A stretch of 64,000 bases of DNA from assembly GCA_965649765.1 (NCBI GenBank), contig OZ287756.1, forward strand, positions 48,732,001-48,796,000, read 5' to 3'. The position numbers were made by a program, and so were the translations under genes. The notes under the pieces were generated by a model, which did not search any database, was not told where the DNA came from, and saw only the letters and a list, made by a program, of their open reading frames with translations. The stretch's first letter is position 1. Every line of letters starts with the position of its first letter. This document shows, one piece after another, positions 24,905 to 36,900 of the stretch. The stretch comes from Bispira polyomma (lineage: Eukaryota).

Positions 24905-27900
24905 ATGGCATCTAAGACAATTGAAGCACGTAAACTGAAAGGTATAGAGGCATTGAAGAGAAAGTCCAATAAGGAGAAGGAGAAATTGACCAGACTACTG
25001 GCAGACCAGTTAAAAGATGACCTAAACAGGTGAGAAACTGATTAGACTACCATCTGACCAGTTAAAAGATTACCTAAACAAGTGGGAAACTGACCAGACC
25101 ACTGGCTGACCAATTAAAGATGTCCTTAATAGGTCAGAATTTCTGATTCAGAAACTGACTAGGTAAAGGATCACCTAAACAGGTGAGAAACTAACCAGAC
25201 TATTGGCAGACCAATGAAAAGATGAGCTAAACAGGTAAGAAACTAACCAGACTACTGGTTGACCAGCAAAAAGATTACCTAAACAGGTGAGTAAATGAAG
25301 ATCAACACTGTCCTTACTTTATTTACAAAGGATGAAACACTTTTCCAAAACAACGTACATATACAAGCATGGCATTATACTATAGTCTACAACATGAATA
25401 CAACGGAGACAAGAATACAACACTGGAAGATTACACAGTGAGATATAAACCTACATAACTTCGGTATTACATAAAACTGTCTTTCAGATGAACACAAATT
25501 ACTGATAATAACGTCTCTAGAGGTTGTAAATGAGGTATGAAAATTATTGTCTTTTGAGTCAGTTTTCTACCTCATGAAGTTTAACGTCCTTAACATTAAC
25601 TTATATTTGAGCTCTCAAACCCCCCATCCCCCCCTCAAAATGATGTGGGTGGTGTTTGGAAAAGAATGATAGTCACCTGAAAGTACATGCATGCATAAGA
25701 GTGAGCTATATATACAGACAACGATGGTTAGCTATCTCCTCCACCAGGGAGAAGTTTTTTACAAGTATGTAACAAAAACTTGAAACTCTAATTAGTGTCT
25801 GGGACAGTCATATGTCAAGCTCGATCCTGCATGTTCGGCTGTGCGTCTGTTCTTTCTCAATGGCGACATGAGTTCGATCGGGTTCTTTGCACCTGGCGGT
25901 ATAGCTGCAAAGTGAAGCTTGACCTCTGAGACTGGCAAGAAAGGTCCGGATGCCACTGCCAGGAGACTGGGTCATTTTGCTAAGTTTGATCCGGTGTACC
26001 AATATGCTCTCATCCTTCACAGCCAACCTCTTTATTGCTGACAAGAGGTCTTCCTCCACCATGTTAGCTACATCGCCACGGATATCACGAAGAATGTCAT
26101 TGCGGAGGTCTTGGTCACAACAATAGAATAGAGCAGTTGAGAGCATGTTTACTGCTATGCCCATTCCAGCTTTGTACATATTCCATTGATGCTTAAATGC
26201 CGACCACTGGTCCGGGTCACAGCCGGGTGTAATGACTGGTGGGTCCAGCTTGAGTTTAGATGGGGGTACAGAGACTGCAGTGGGATGCGCGGTCCGATCA
26301 TGCATCTGGAGAGCGACGGTTAAGGCACCTGCAAATGCTTCAGCCAGATCTTGGGATTGCCAGGCACATCCTTCAACTGGGCACTGTAATCTAGGCATCT
26401 TTCAAGCTAAGATTGTTAGTTACTATCTACACAGCTGTTTTGGTTATAAATTTTGATCCTGGTGGCTCTCATAAATGAAGATCAACACTGTCCTTACTTT
26501 ATTTACAAAGGATGACAGCCACCTGAAAGTACTTGCATGCATAAGGGTAAGCTATATATACAGACAACAATGGTTAGCTAGTGAGAAACTAACCACACTA
26601 GTGGCTGACCAGTTAAAAGATGACCTAAACAGGTGAGAAACTGTAAAATTATGTACTCAATATGTACTGCTTTTCCAAATTTTGTATCGCAATATATTGT
26701 ATTAAAAAAATATATTATTATTAGGATATATTTAAATTTTCAATATATTGTTACAACCTTAATCACAATGCAAAATATCCAATTGTTAGGTTTATATGAA
26801 GTGTTAAAATATTCAAACAAGGCAAAAGTTGATTGAAACTCCGCAAGTGTGTGCTTGGTCTCAACATCTAATCTAACTTTCATAGCACTTATCTCCGTGC
26901 TAGCTGATTCTAAGGCACATGAGACACTAAAATCATTTTCATAGTATCATATTGCCATTGGGCTACAGGGGTTATGACGGTAGAGACACCAGAAATGGTA
27001 AGCAGGCTAAGGTGGAAAAGCCTTACATGCAGGAATAATTTCACGATATGGAGTGTTGGTCACTAGCCCTGTTTAAAATTATATCAACTTTGTTTACCTT
27101 GAGGTCTTGTGTTATTTTCAGACTACTGACTGATGGAATAGAAGCAGATCTAACATTTTACTTAAATAAACACAGTTTTAAGCTCCACCGCTGTATCATT
27201 AAATCCAGGTAAGTTATATTATAGTATTTACTCTAGATCTACTTGTAAGATCATCGATTATGCATCTTAAAGTGGTATCGTTTATGTCTAAATTATTTGC
27301 TGGCAATTGTTTTAATGGCACAGTGAGGTGTGTTATGTAATTATCCCATTTGTAATGTTTTAAAATTTTAGTAAAAATAAATTTAAGAATGAAATCATCA
27401 AATGCTATTGTGCAATATATGGTGACATTTAATTCTTGAACATATATAGATTTTTTATTGAAGGTAAACAAATTCAACAAAAAATCAAAGAAAACGTTAA
27501 ATACATTTTATTATACCCTTAAGTTACCCTTAAATGATAAAATATTCTGAGAATTTTCTTAGTCTCAGCCAATAAGATTCCTTGAAACAATATTCTTAGC
27601 CAATCAAATTGCTTGTGACAAAATTTTAAGAGTAAGACTCTTTTTATTATAAATTTATGGCTCTTCCATACATTTTACAGTTGACAGTAAAATTCAGTTA
27701 TTCTATTAGTCGTACAGTGATGTATATTTCAGAACATACAAAGGAACAAAAACCTAGAACTAAAATATTTACAAATCATGAAGAAATCCAGGGCTGGTAT
27801 TCTCGAACGTATACTCAGCTTAAACTCATACTCAACTTAAATCTGAATTCTCTATAACTCTATATACAGTAAACATATCTAAAATCTGACTTTATATTTG

Positions 27901-30900
27901 AATTCAGTGTTAAAAGCTTTATTAAAATGAATGGTCACAAGTATAGGTTAGTTCCATCTACAATGATTTCCACACAGCCTATATTTGAGTTGAGTATGAG
28001 TTTAAACTGAGTATACGTTCGAGAATACGGCCCCAGAACTTCATATACAGACATATCACCTATAGTTTAACTATAATAATAATAGTTATAATAAGTTTTA
28101 CAAAAATTCAACAAACATGTGAGACATTATGATTTAGGGATAATTTCTACAAATGGATATTCTTATTTACCTGTACATAGGTGATCTTACATCTAATTCC
28201 ACTGCTGCTAAATGAGCATCTATGATGTCACTTTATTATATGGCAGTAAGCTGATTGATATATGACATTGCTGGCTTATTCTAAATTGTATTTTTGCATA
28301 CACTTTTTTAGGGATCCCACTTTTTATCAAGCTCTACAGACATTTGTAGAAACTGAGGTCAAAGAAGTTTCAAGAACAGTGGTAGATTATCTCAGAACTG
28401 TTGTCAGGTATAAACTGTTGTTAAAAGTAGGGGTGAGACAGGGGGACTGGTAACTCAATTACAGGCAACAAATTTTTTAAAACCAGAGTGAAATTTGCGA
28501 TTCTGGTACTCGAGAACGTGCACATTTTAAGTTAAAAACTCTTATATCATCTCCTGTAATTTTATCCACTGCAAAACTCTGGTTTATACATTGGTTTACA
28601 CTTTGTTATGCCTCCGCCGCCGCGTCAGTGTGTGTAGAGATTTTTCCGCTACCAACATATATATTTTACTTCTAATTTCCAATATTCCCCCAGATATTTG
28701 CCTTTATTTTTATGGATGATACAGTGTTTAAAAAAAATACATTCTACTGTAAAAACAATAGGAAAATATAAAATTAGGAGAATGAAAATGTGTTTCTTAC
28801 CATCAAATATTTGGACAATCAAAGTTTGGATAATAGAAATTTGTATTATAAAGGTTCTACTGTGATATTTCTTTTTTCATATTTCAGATATATATACTGT
28901 GAAGAGGACATCAAATACGTTTCTCATTTAGTGAAAGAGTTGATATTCTTCTTTACAACGGGAAAACTTCACAAAGACACTGACAATTTCTTATCGTCTA
29001 ATTCATCTTTGCCAGCACAGGGCCAACAGTTGAGTGATAGGAATGATGCACATGAGAATACCCCTGAATCAGTGTCGGTGGGTGTTAATGGTCACTGCAT
29101 AGAGAGGTCAAGAGAAGGTGACAATATAGAAAATGCAAGAAATGAAGCATGTGACATAAATGGCAAGTCTACTGCAGAGTTTGGAAAAGTTAAGGATTTT
29201 AATCAAGAACCACCCACTGTCCCAAATAAGATTGTTGATCAGATTGTTGCACAAACTAATGCTATTGACAATTTACAAACTGAGAAAGGGGAGATATTAA
29301 GTTCTGCAGAACCTGATCTACCAAATAAGGTTGTCAATGTTTTAGCTGCTGTGGAAACTGATATACCAAGTGAGGGTATCAGTGTATTTGCTCCTGAAGA
29401 TGCTGATGTACCAAATAAGGGCATTGATGTATTGGCTGCTACGAAACTTGATATTCCAAATAAAGGCATTGATGTATTACCTGCTGTAGAATCTGATATA
29501 CCAAACAAGGAAACTGATGTTTTGGCTGCTACAGTTAGTACAGCACCTGATACATCAAATAAGGACATTGATGATTTATCTGCTAAAGAAGCTGAATTGA
29601 CAGAGAAGCAGGGTGAGAAAGACACCAAATCTTCAGAAACTACTACGTCAGTGGTAAGTCATCTCAAGATGGTGACACATTATTAATTAAAAAAATTCCT
29701 TGTGTCATATCCTCGAAAGATCTCAAGCTCAACTCAGACACAAGTTCAAATCTGAATTCCCCATATATCTCTGGCTAGGGTGAAGTTTAGTATAATCTGA
29801 CGACATATTTGAAGTTAGCCCTGAAAGTTTTTCTAAAATGACAACTTACAAGCAGTTAGATATACAGTTAAATGTTATTTAACTTCACTCTAGTCAGAGA
29901 TAATGGAGACCTACCAGAGCTTTACGTTACACACCTACACCCCCTAATGAATATTTGACAACCTCTCAATCTTTTGTTGTAGATTAAAGTATTTATCTCA
30001 CAGACTGCTGATAAGTGGATAGAAGGTTTTACTGAGGCAGTGAGTGTCCTGGGTTCAGTTTATTGTTACATGTCAATGGTTGTTTATCTCACAGACTGCT
30101 AATAAGTGGACAGAAGGTTTCACTGAGGCAGTGAGTGTATTGGGTTCAGTGTGTTGTTATATATCCTGTTTATCTGACAGACTGCTGACAAGTGGACAGA
30201 AGGTTTCACTGAGGCGGTAAGTGTCTTGGGTTCAGATCTGCTGTACATGTACCAAGAGGGAGTGGATGTGGATGTGGTCCTACTGGCAGGGCAGCAGAGG
30301 TTCTACGCTCACAGGTGGCTATGATTTTCTTTATCATCAAACTTTTCTTATGTCTACCAGGAAGATGGACATATTATTTTTGTACATGGTGATGTCCAGG
30401 AATTGTGGTTTCCATTAATTTAAAGAAGTAGTATTGCACATGGCATCACCAAATTTTGTAACGAGGGGTTTTAGGTGACCTAAATTAATGACCTAAATTA
30501 GTTTGCTTAGTTAAACTTTGGGCCTGTTTATAAAAACAAGATGGCCACTATCGGCAAAAACGTGAAAAGTGTTCCCACTTAGTTTAAGGAGAACTATAAA
30601 TTATTGCAGATATCATCACCAAATTTTATATGGAGGTATTAGGTCTATAGCTTGCTGGGTACTGACTTTGGGCCCGTTTCAAAGAACAAGATGGCCATTA
30701 TTGGCAAAGTCGTGAAAACTATTGCAGATGTCATCATGATACGTCCCCCTCCCCCTCCCCCCCCCTAATCTCCGAGTTACTGATGATTAATTTATAAGGC
30801 ACTAGTTTAAATGATAACCAGAATCCAAAAAATCACAATTAATGAAACAGAAAAAAGTTAACATCAAAAGATCAATTGATAACTGGGAGGCAGTAATAGA

Positions 30901-33900
30901 GGGAATGCATCATTTAGCAGATAAGTTTTTAATCTATGACCGAAGAAATGTAAGGCAGGAGCTGTTCTGATGCAATGAGGTAACCTATACCGCATGGTAG
31001 GACCACAGGTTAAAAACAGAAGTATACTAGACCAGAGACAAGGCTTTGGCTTAGCGCTTTTGTGAACACCTCCCTAGTTTTATTGTGAATCACACTTTAC
31101 TTCTTCTTTACTGCACTTCACTAATATGGTATATCTACAGTACATACAGTGCTATGGTAGCTGTATATTTAGGTATGTGTACATTACTGGGTAAATCATT
31201 TGGACTGGTGGAGATCGATATCAAAAGTAAAATAATTTCAATGTCGGCCGATATCGGGACATAGAAAAAAAGTTGTGAAGAAACTGAAACGTATTTCCAA
31301 AACGAAAAACCTGCCCGAATGAAACCTGAAGTGAGAACCGCTAAATATGTTTACAAGTCAAAAATGGACTTAAAATGGTCATCATTCATAATTGAAAAAG
31401 TATTAATCATAAAAATATCAGTAAAATGGTTGTATAAATGTTGTGCCAAGGTGTGAATGGTGTCATTTATGATATCGATGTGTTTGTGTTAAACATTGAT
31501 ATTGGCACTCAAAAGCCCAAACAATAAATATTGGCGATATCAATAAACAACTTACCGACTAATATATACATTTTATGTTGTAGGTGTGTTCTGTGTTTGT
31601 ATATCAGAACTGTGGTATGTGTACAGTGCTATGGTGACTGTATATAATTAGGTGTGTATACAATCTATATTGTAGGTGTATCCTGTGTACAAGATCTGAA
31701 TACTTCAATGCTATGTTAAATGGAGGATGGACAGAAAGTACCACAAATGAAGTCATCATACAAGGGTAATTAGAATGCAATATATACAGTAGTACTGTCT
31801 CGACACTTGCTACTCCCGATACCATCACTCGCGGGACCTGAAACTGGCAAATGTCGAAAGTCAAATTGGGATTCGATAGCACATATATAACACAAAAACA
31901 CTCAAGAAAACCCTTTTACAGCAGTTTCTGTGTTGTTTTTAGTGTCATCTACTACTAATTTTGGAAGATATTTTAAACGTAATTGACAGCTTACATCTTT
32001 TGTATTGTTTACACAGGAACTTATACAAGAGTGCCACCTACCGAATGTATATGGGCTATCATCCTCCCCAGTATAGGCGCCATGTTTTTTTTCGTTTGAT
32101 GAAGTGAAGTTGAAATATTGTGTTAAAAACAGCAAATAATCTGTTTATTTATGACTTATAATCATTTGAATGTATGTTGATATTTATCGATACTCGGTCG
32201 GTAAGCGGGAGCCATAATCGAAAATTTTCTTGCAAGCGAGTGGCAGTACTAATATATATCAGGATTTAGTAAAACATATTTGTATGGGTTACTTATTTCA
32301 TAAAACCTTAGCAGCATTTGCCAGTCATCAGTGAAGTGGATGATAATTGGTGATTTGACAATTTGTTTTGTTCATTGACATGCCATTATTGTTGTATTGT
32401 CCTTATAATATTCAAGTTTTATATATTAACAGAATAATGTCACTTTGTATAATAGCTCGTACTTTGAAAAGTATTTTGTATTGCAAGTGACTCCAGCGAT
32501 ATCTAGTACACTAACAGTTGGGCTAAAGGCGAAACTCCAGAAGCTTGAGTGTTTAATGCACTGATATACACAGATATTACATGCCTCTCTCTGACATAGA
32601 CCTGACCTCAGATCTTATACAACTACTACATTAATTCTACTTACTTGCTTGGGCTTTGAGAGGGGGGATCTAGCCACTGAACTCCACCATGTAAACAACA
32701 GATATAACTTGACTCTGTTGTAACCTTATAAAGAGACTTGCTATGTTGTCATGGATCTTAAGATTAATAGTCCGGTACACTAACAGTTGGGCTAAAGGGG
32801 AAATCCCGGTAGCCTGATTGTGTTCTGATATACACAAATATTACAGTAGTTTTCCCCAGTTTTTGTGATTATGGTTCCTGTCTGTCCATTCAGCTTAAGC
32901 AGTGAAGTCCTTGAGATGGTGCTCCTGTGTATCTATGGCGGTCTCCTGGAGAACTTTGACCTGGCTCTGGTTGCTATGGGAGATATGTACAACCTAAGCA
33001 ACCTCAAGATGTGCATGGAGTATGCTCTACTCAAACACAAGTGTCACTTCTTTCACAAGGTGAGTTCCATAATGTCTCAGATTCAATAAACTATTCATTA
33101 TGTTTTAAAATTGGGGCCACAGTGGCTTAATGCTTGCTGGCAGGTGGCAGTTCTGAACTATGCTGCTTTACAATCACTGGCCTCTCACCAATGTGGGTTT
33201 GAATCCTGCTTGTTCCATCATGTGGGAAAGTTTGTCAGGTACTTGTCTTAGGGTCGGTGGTTTCACTGGTTTCTTCTACCATTAAATCTGGCCATGATGA
33301 TATCACCTGAGCTGTTTAAAGTGATGCTAACTACATTCAACTCTTAGTAACTAAATATTAACAATCTAAAACAGTCTTTTTATCACACCTAGGGATGAAT
33401 ATTGTGCCTTAAAAACATATTTACTTTGCATTACACCACTAGAATTCAAGAGAGCGATATTTCATTAAAGATTTTACTGTGTAAATGATACAGCATGCTG
33501 TATTGCTTTTCCAGTTTTGTATTTCAATATTGTTTTAAAACAGTATACAGTCAAACCTGTACTAGCGAATCTCCCTCAAATATCTTCATGATTAGTTTAT
33601 GAAAACTGACCTTGTAAAAAGCTGATCACTCAAGAGTTCCAATCAACGACCGCCATAATATACGCCTGTGACTCTGATTTTAGAATAGAAGAATATAATT
33701 TATTTGACGCTGGATATATAAAAAACTTCAAGTTGATTAATCCTCTCACGATACACAGAAAATTATTCAGGTGTTTATATTAATTGCAATTTCGTCGGCT
33801 GGTATTTGTTAATACAGTTCACCTAAAAAATCACCAAAAAAAAAAACAAATTGCATACAATGCAAATGCATACAAACTGCCAGATGTTCTATATAGTTAA

Positions 33901-36900
33901 ATATTTTAGACTATAAAATAGCAGAATATTGCCAAACTTAATGATGAACCTAATATACCCGGTGTGTTTTATAAACAACCGACTTCTACAAGTTTGAATT
34001 TGAATCTGGATATTTAACATCCACTCTAGTACCTTTTAGTAGGTTATATTGGGACGGGTAGTTGGAAATGCTGCAGGAAACACTGCATACAGTTGGTCAA
34101 GGTTCTGCACTGAAACCAGGGGCCCACAGTAAGGAACTACCACCTTTCCCACATAGGCATCGACGGGATTCAAACTCACGCCGCCCAGAGGTGAGAGACC
34201 AGTGATTGTGAAGCGCAATGCTTGCTAACCACTAGACCACCGCAGCCCCAACAGACTTCTACAAGCAACCATGTTTACGTCATTTGACATCATACTTCTG
34301 GCGGAAGTGTGATGTTTCTGATGTTTTCCTGTACGTATAGAAGGTTTTTATATGGAAGTGCTTGATGACAGCATGTCGAACAGGGTAATCTCCGAACCAT
34401 AAAGAGTTTGTATTTACAGTATGTATTTTACATAGTGTATAGACCTTCCAAAAACGATTTTTGTGAGGTTTTGTATAGTATAATAGCAGTTATTAGCCAA
34501 CTGTAGCATTTACCATGACCTAGCTTTATTTGTCGATTTATAGAAGTTTCACTGTGTTTTGTTCCACTCCTGTAGCCCTGTACCACCTGTCTGACTGGTG
34601 TATTTTGTTCCACTCCTGTAGCCCTGTACCACCTGTCTGACTGGTGTATTTTCTTCCACTCCTGTAGCCCTGTACCACTTGTCTGACTGGTGTAGTAGAG
34701 GCTCTTGCCATCAGCTCTACATATGGACTGGCTGACCTTCACAATGACCTTCTGAACTGGAGCACTAAGTATTACAGCAGACTGTGGCCAACTCGACCTT
34801 TTGCTCAACTACCCGAGGATATTCTGACTCAGTGTGAGCAAGCTCTAGTACAGGACCTAGTGAGTGTTGACCCAGTATTTGTGTATGTTTCTTTTTATAG
34901 TGTACTGTATGGAGAATATGTGTACATTTTAGATGTGAATAGAATACTCTGCAAGTGTGCCTATAAGATTGTTTATAAGGTTTTACACTACTTAACTGTA
35001 TTTATTATTAAACTTATCAAATTGTTTTTTTTGCATTTATTTTATTGTATTCAATTTTCTCGAATGTCAAACCCATTTAACTAAAACTCTGATCAGCCAA
35101 TTTTCCTTTTATGTTTGGTAAATCTGTGGTTCCCACGGGCCAAGTGTGGACTTTTATTTCAAAATCTACCCTCTTAAAGTGGAAACCCTGCTTAAGTAGA
35201 GGTAATTCTACTGGTCCCTTGAGGTTCGATTTAAAGGGGTTTACTTGTATATCCTCCGACTAGCCATTTGGACAACCAGTTCATTAGAGGATAGTGTATC
35301 AATTTGGTAGTTGGCACTGTATAAATTCTTCTATTATAATAATTCTACAATAATAGTCTGTGTACTTCAGGGTTTGCTGAATGTGATAAGCCATGCACTG
35401 GAGATAGAGAAGGTCACAACAGCATTAAGGAACCTGAAGTGGGGGGAACCTGTCAGTGGCATGGCAACCAGAGTGATGGACAACTGTCTGTTGTACTTAG
35501 GGAGACATCTCAAGTCTTACGTGTTAAACAGAAACCCTGGGCTAATAGACAAGGAGTATAGGGTGAGGGATATCCTGTGATTTCATTGGTTAAAATTAGG
35601 TCATATGTCATGTAAAGTCTTATGTGTTAAACAGACGTCATGGGCTAACTAGACAAGGAGTATAAGGTAAGGGATATCCTGTGATTTCATTAGTTAAAAC
35701 TAGGTCATATGCAATGTGAAGTATTTAGGTAAGGTAGCTCCTCTAATTTCATTGGTTAAAACTAGGTCATATGCCATGTGAAGTCTTATGTGTTAAACAG
35801 AAACATTGGACTGAACGGCGAGGAATATAGGGTAAAGGAAATCCTGTGATCTTATTGGTTAAAACTAGGTCATATTTAATGTGAAGTCTTCAGGTAAGGT
35901 AAATCCTATGATTTCATTGGTTAAAACCAGGTCATATGCCATCTGAAGTCTTGAGGTTAGGTAAATCCTGTGATTTCAATGGTTAAAACTAGGTTATATA
36001 TCTTCTGAAGTCTTAAGGTAAGGTAAATCCGGTGATGTCATTAGTTAAAACTAGGTCATACGTCATCTGAAATCTTATTACTGTTATGTGTTAAACAGAT
36101 ACCCTCGGCTAATAGACAAGCAATATTGGGTAATGTAAATACTGTGATCTTATTGGTTTAAACTAGGTCATATGCCATCCGAAGTCTTAAGGTAAGGTAA
36201 ACCCTGTGATTTCATTAGTTTAAAACTAGGTAATATGCAATGTTATGTGTAATGTTATGTTGTTTGTGTGAAATTTGCTGTGAAAGGGACAATTTTAATC
36301 TACATTCTTAATTTTTTCTGCTATTTTGAAAAATGTTTGATAAACAAATGTAATTGGTAAAAGCAAAGTGCATTTTCTCTGTATTACATCTGCCAGGCAT
36401 GTATTATAGAAAAGCTGCTTGTGTTATAGCCACTGTGTGTTATTTCTACCAGGGCATGCACGCCTGTACAATCTTTGTGTTATTTCTGCCAGGGCATGCA
36501 CGCCTGTACAATCTTTGTTATTTCTGCCAGGGCATGCGCGCCTGTACAATTATAGAGCTGCTTGTGTTAAAGCTGCCATGTATTATTTCTACCAGGACAT
36601 GTCTGTACTGTACAAGACCTGCTTGTGTTCTAACCATTATATATTAATTCTACCAGGACATACAAGCCTGTACTATACAAGAGCTGCTTGTGTTATAGCC
36701 GCTATGTATTATTTCTACCAGGGCATGCATGCCTGTATCATTAAAGAGCTGCTTGTAAAGGCTACAGACTTCCTTAGGGCAGAGGATGCAATAAAACTAT
36801 TCACGATCCTCAGTGAAAAGTGTGACCAACTGAAGAAAGTGAGAGAAGCTAGGGCCGCAACAATAGAGCTAGAGGTAAGGGTAAATAGAAAAAATAATAA

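Larger units (their letters stand above)
24984..26643 (+). repeat. About 52-bp tandem repeat of the exon-1 3' end plus donor (about 7 units), interrupted by an LTR element
   Basis: Unit gaaactgaccagactactggcagaccagttaaaagatgacctaaacagGTGA at 24984-25291 and 26581-26643. Confidence 0.85.

Noticed and set aside
29239-29628. Antisense ORFs over real exons (also 40698-41075, 45124-45546, 59854-60153)
   Set aside because: Shadow frames of sense-strand coding sequence
34170-34248. Functional tRNA gene
   Set aside because: A and B boxes are present but there is no clean cloverleaf, and it is followed by a repeated SINE body
36354-36721. Cys-rich ORFs 36354-36647 and the 5' part of 36419-36904
   Set aside because: They arise from the acceptor minisatellite; only 36722-36874 fits the BTBD8 model
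35511-36760. Repeat arrays as a CRISPR-like locus
   Set aside because: Units are degenerate tandem copies with no unique spacers, there are no cas genes, and the context is a eukaryotic intron
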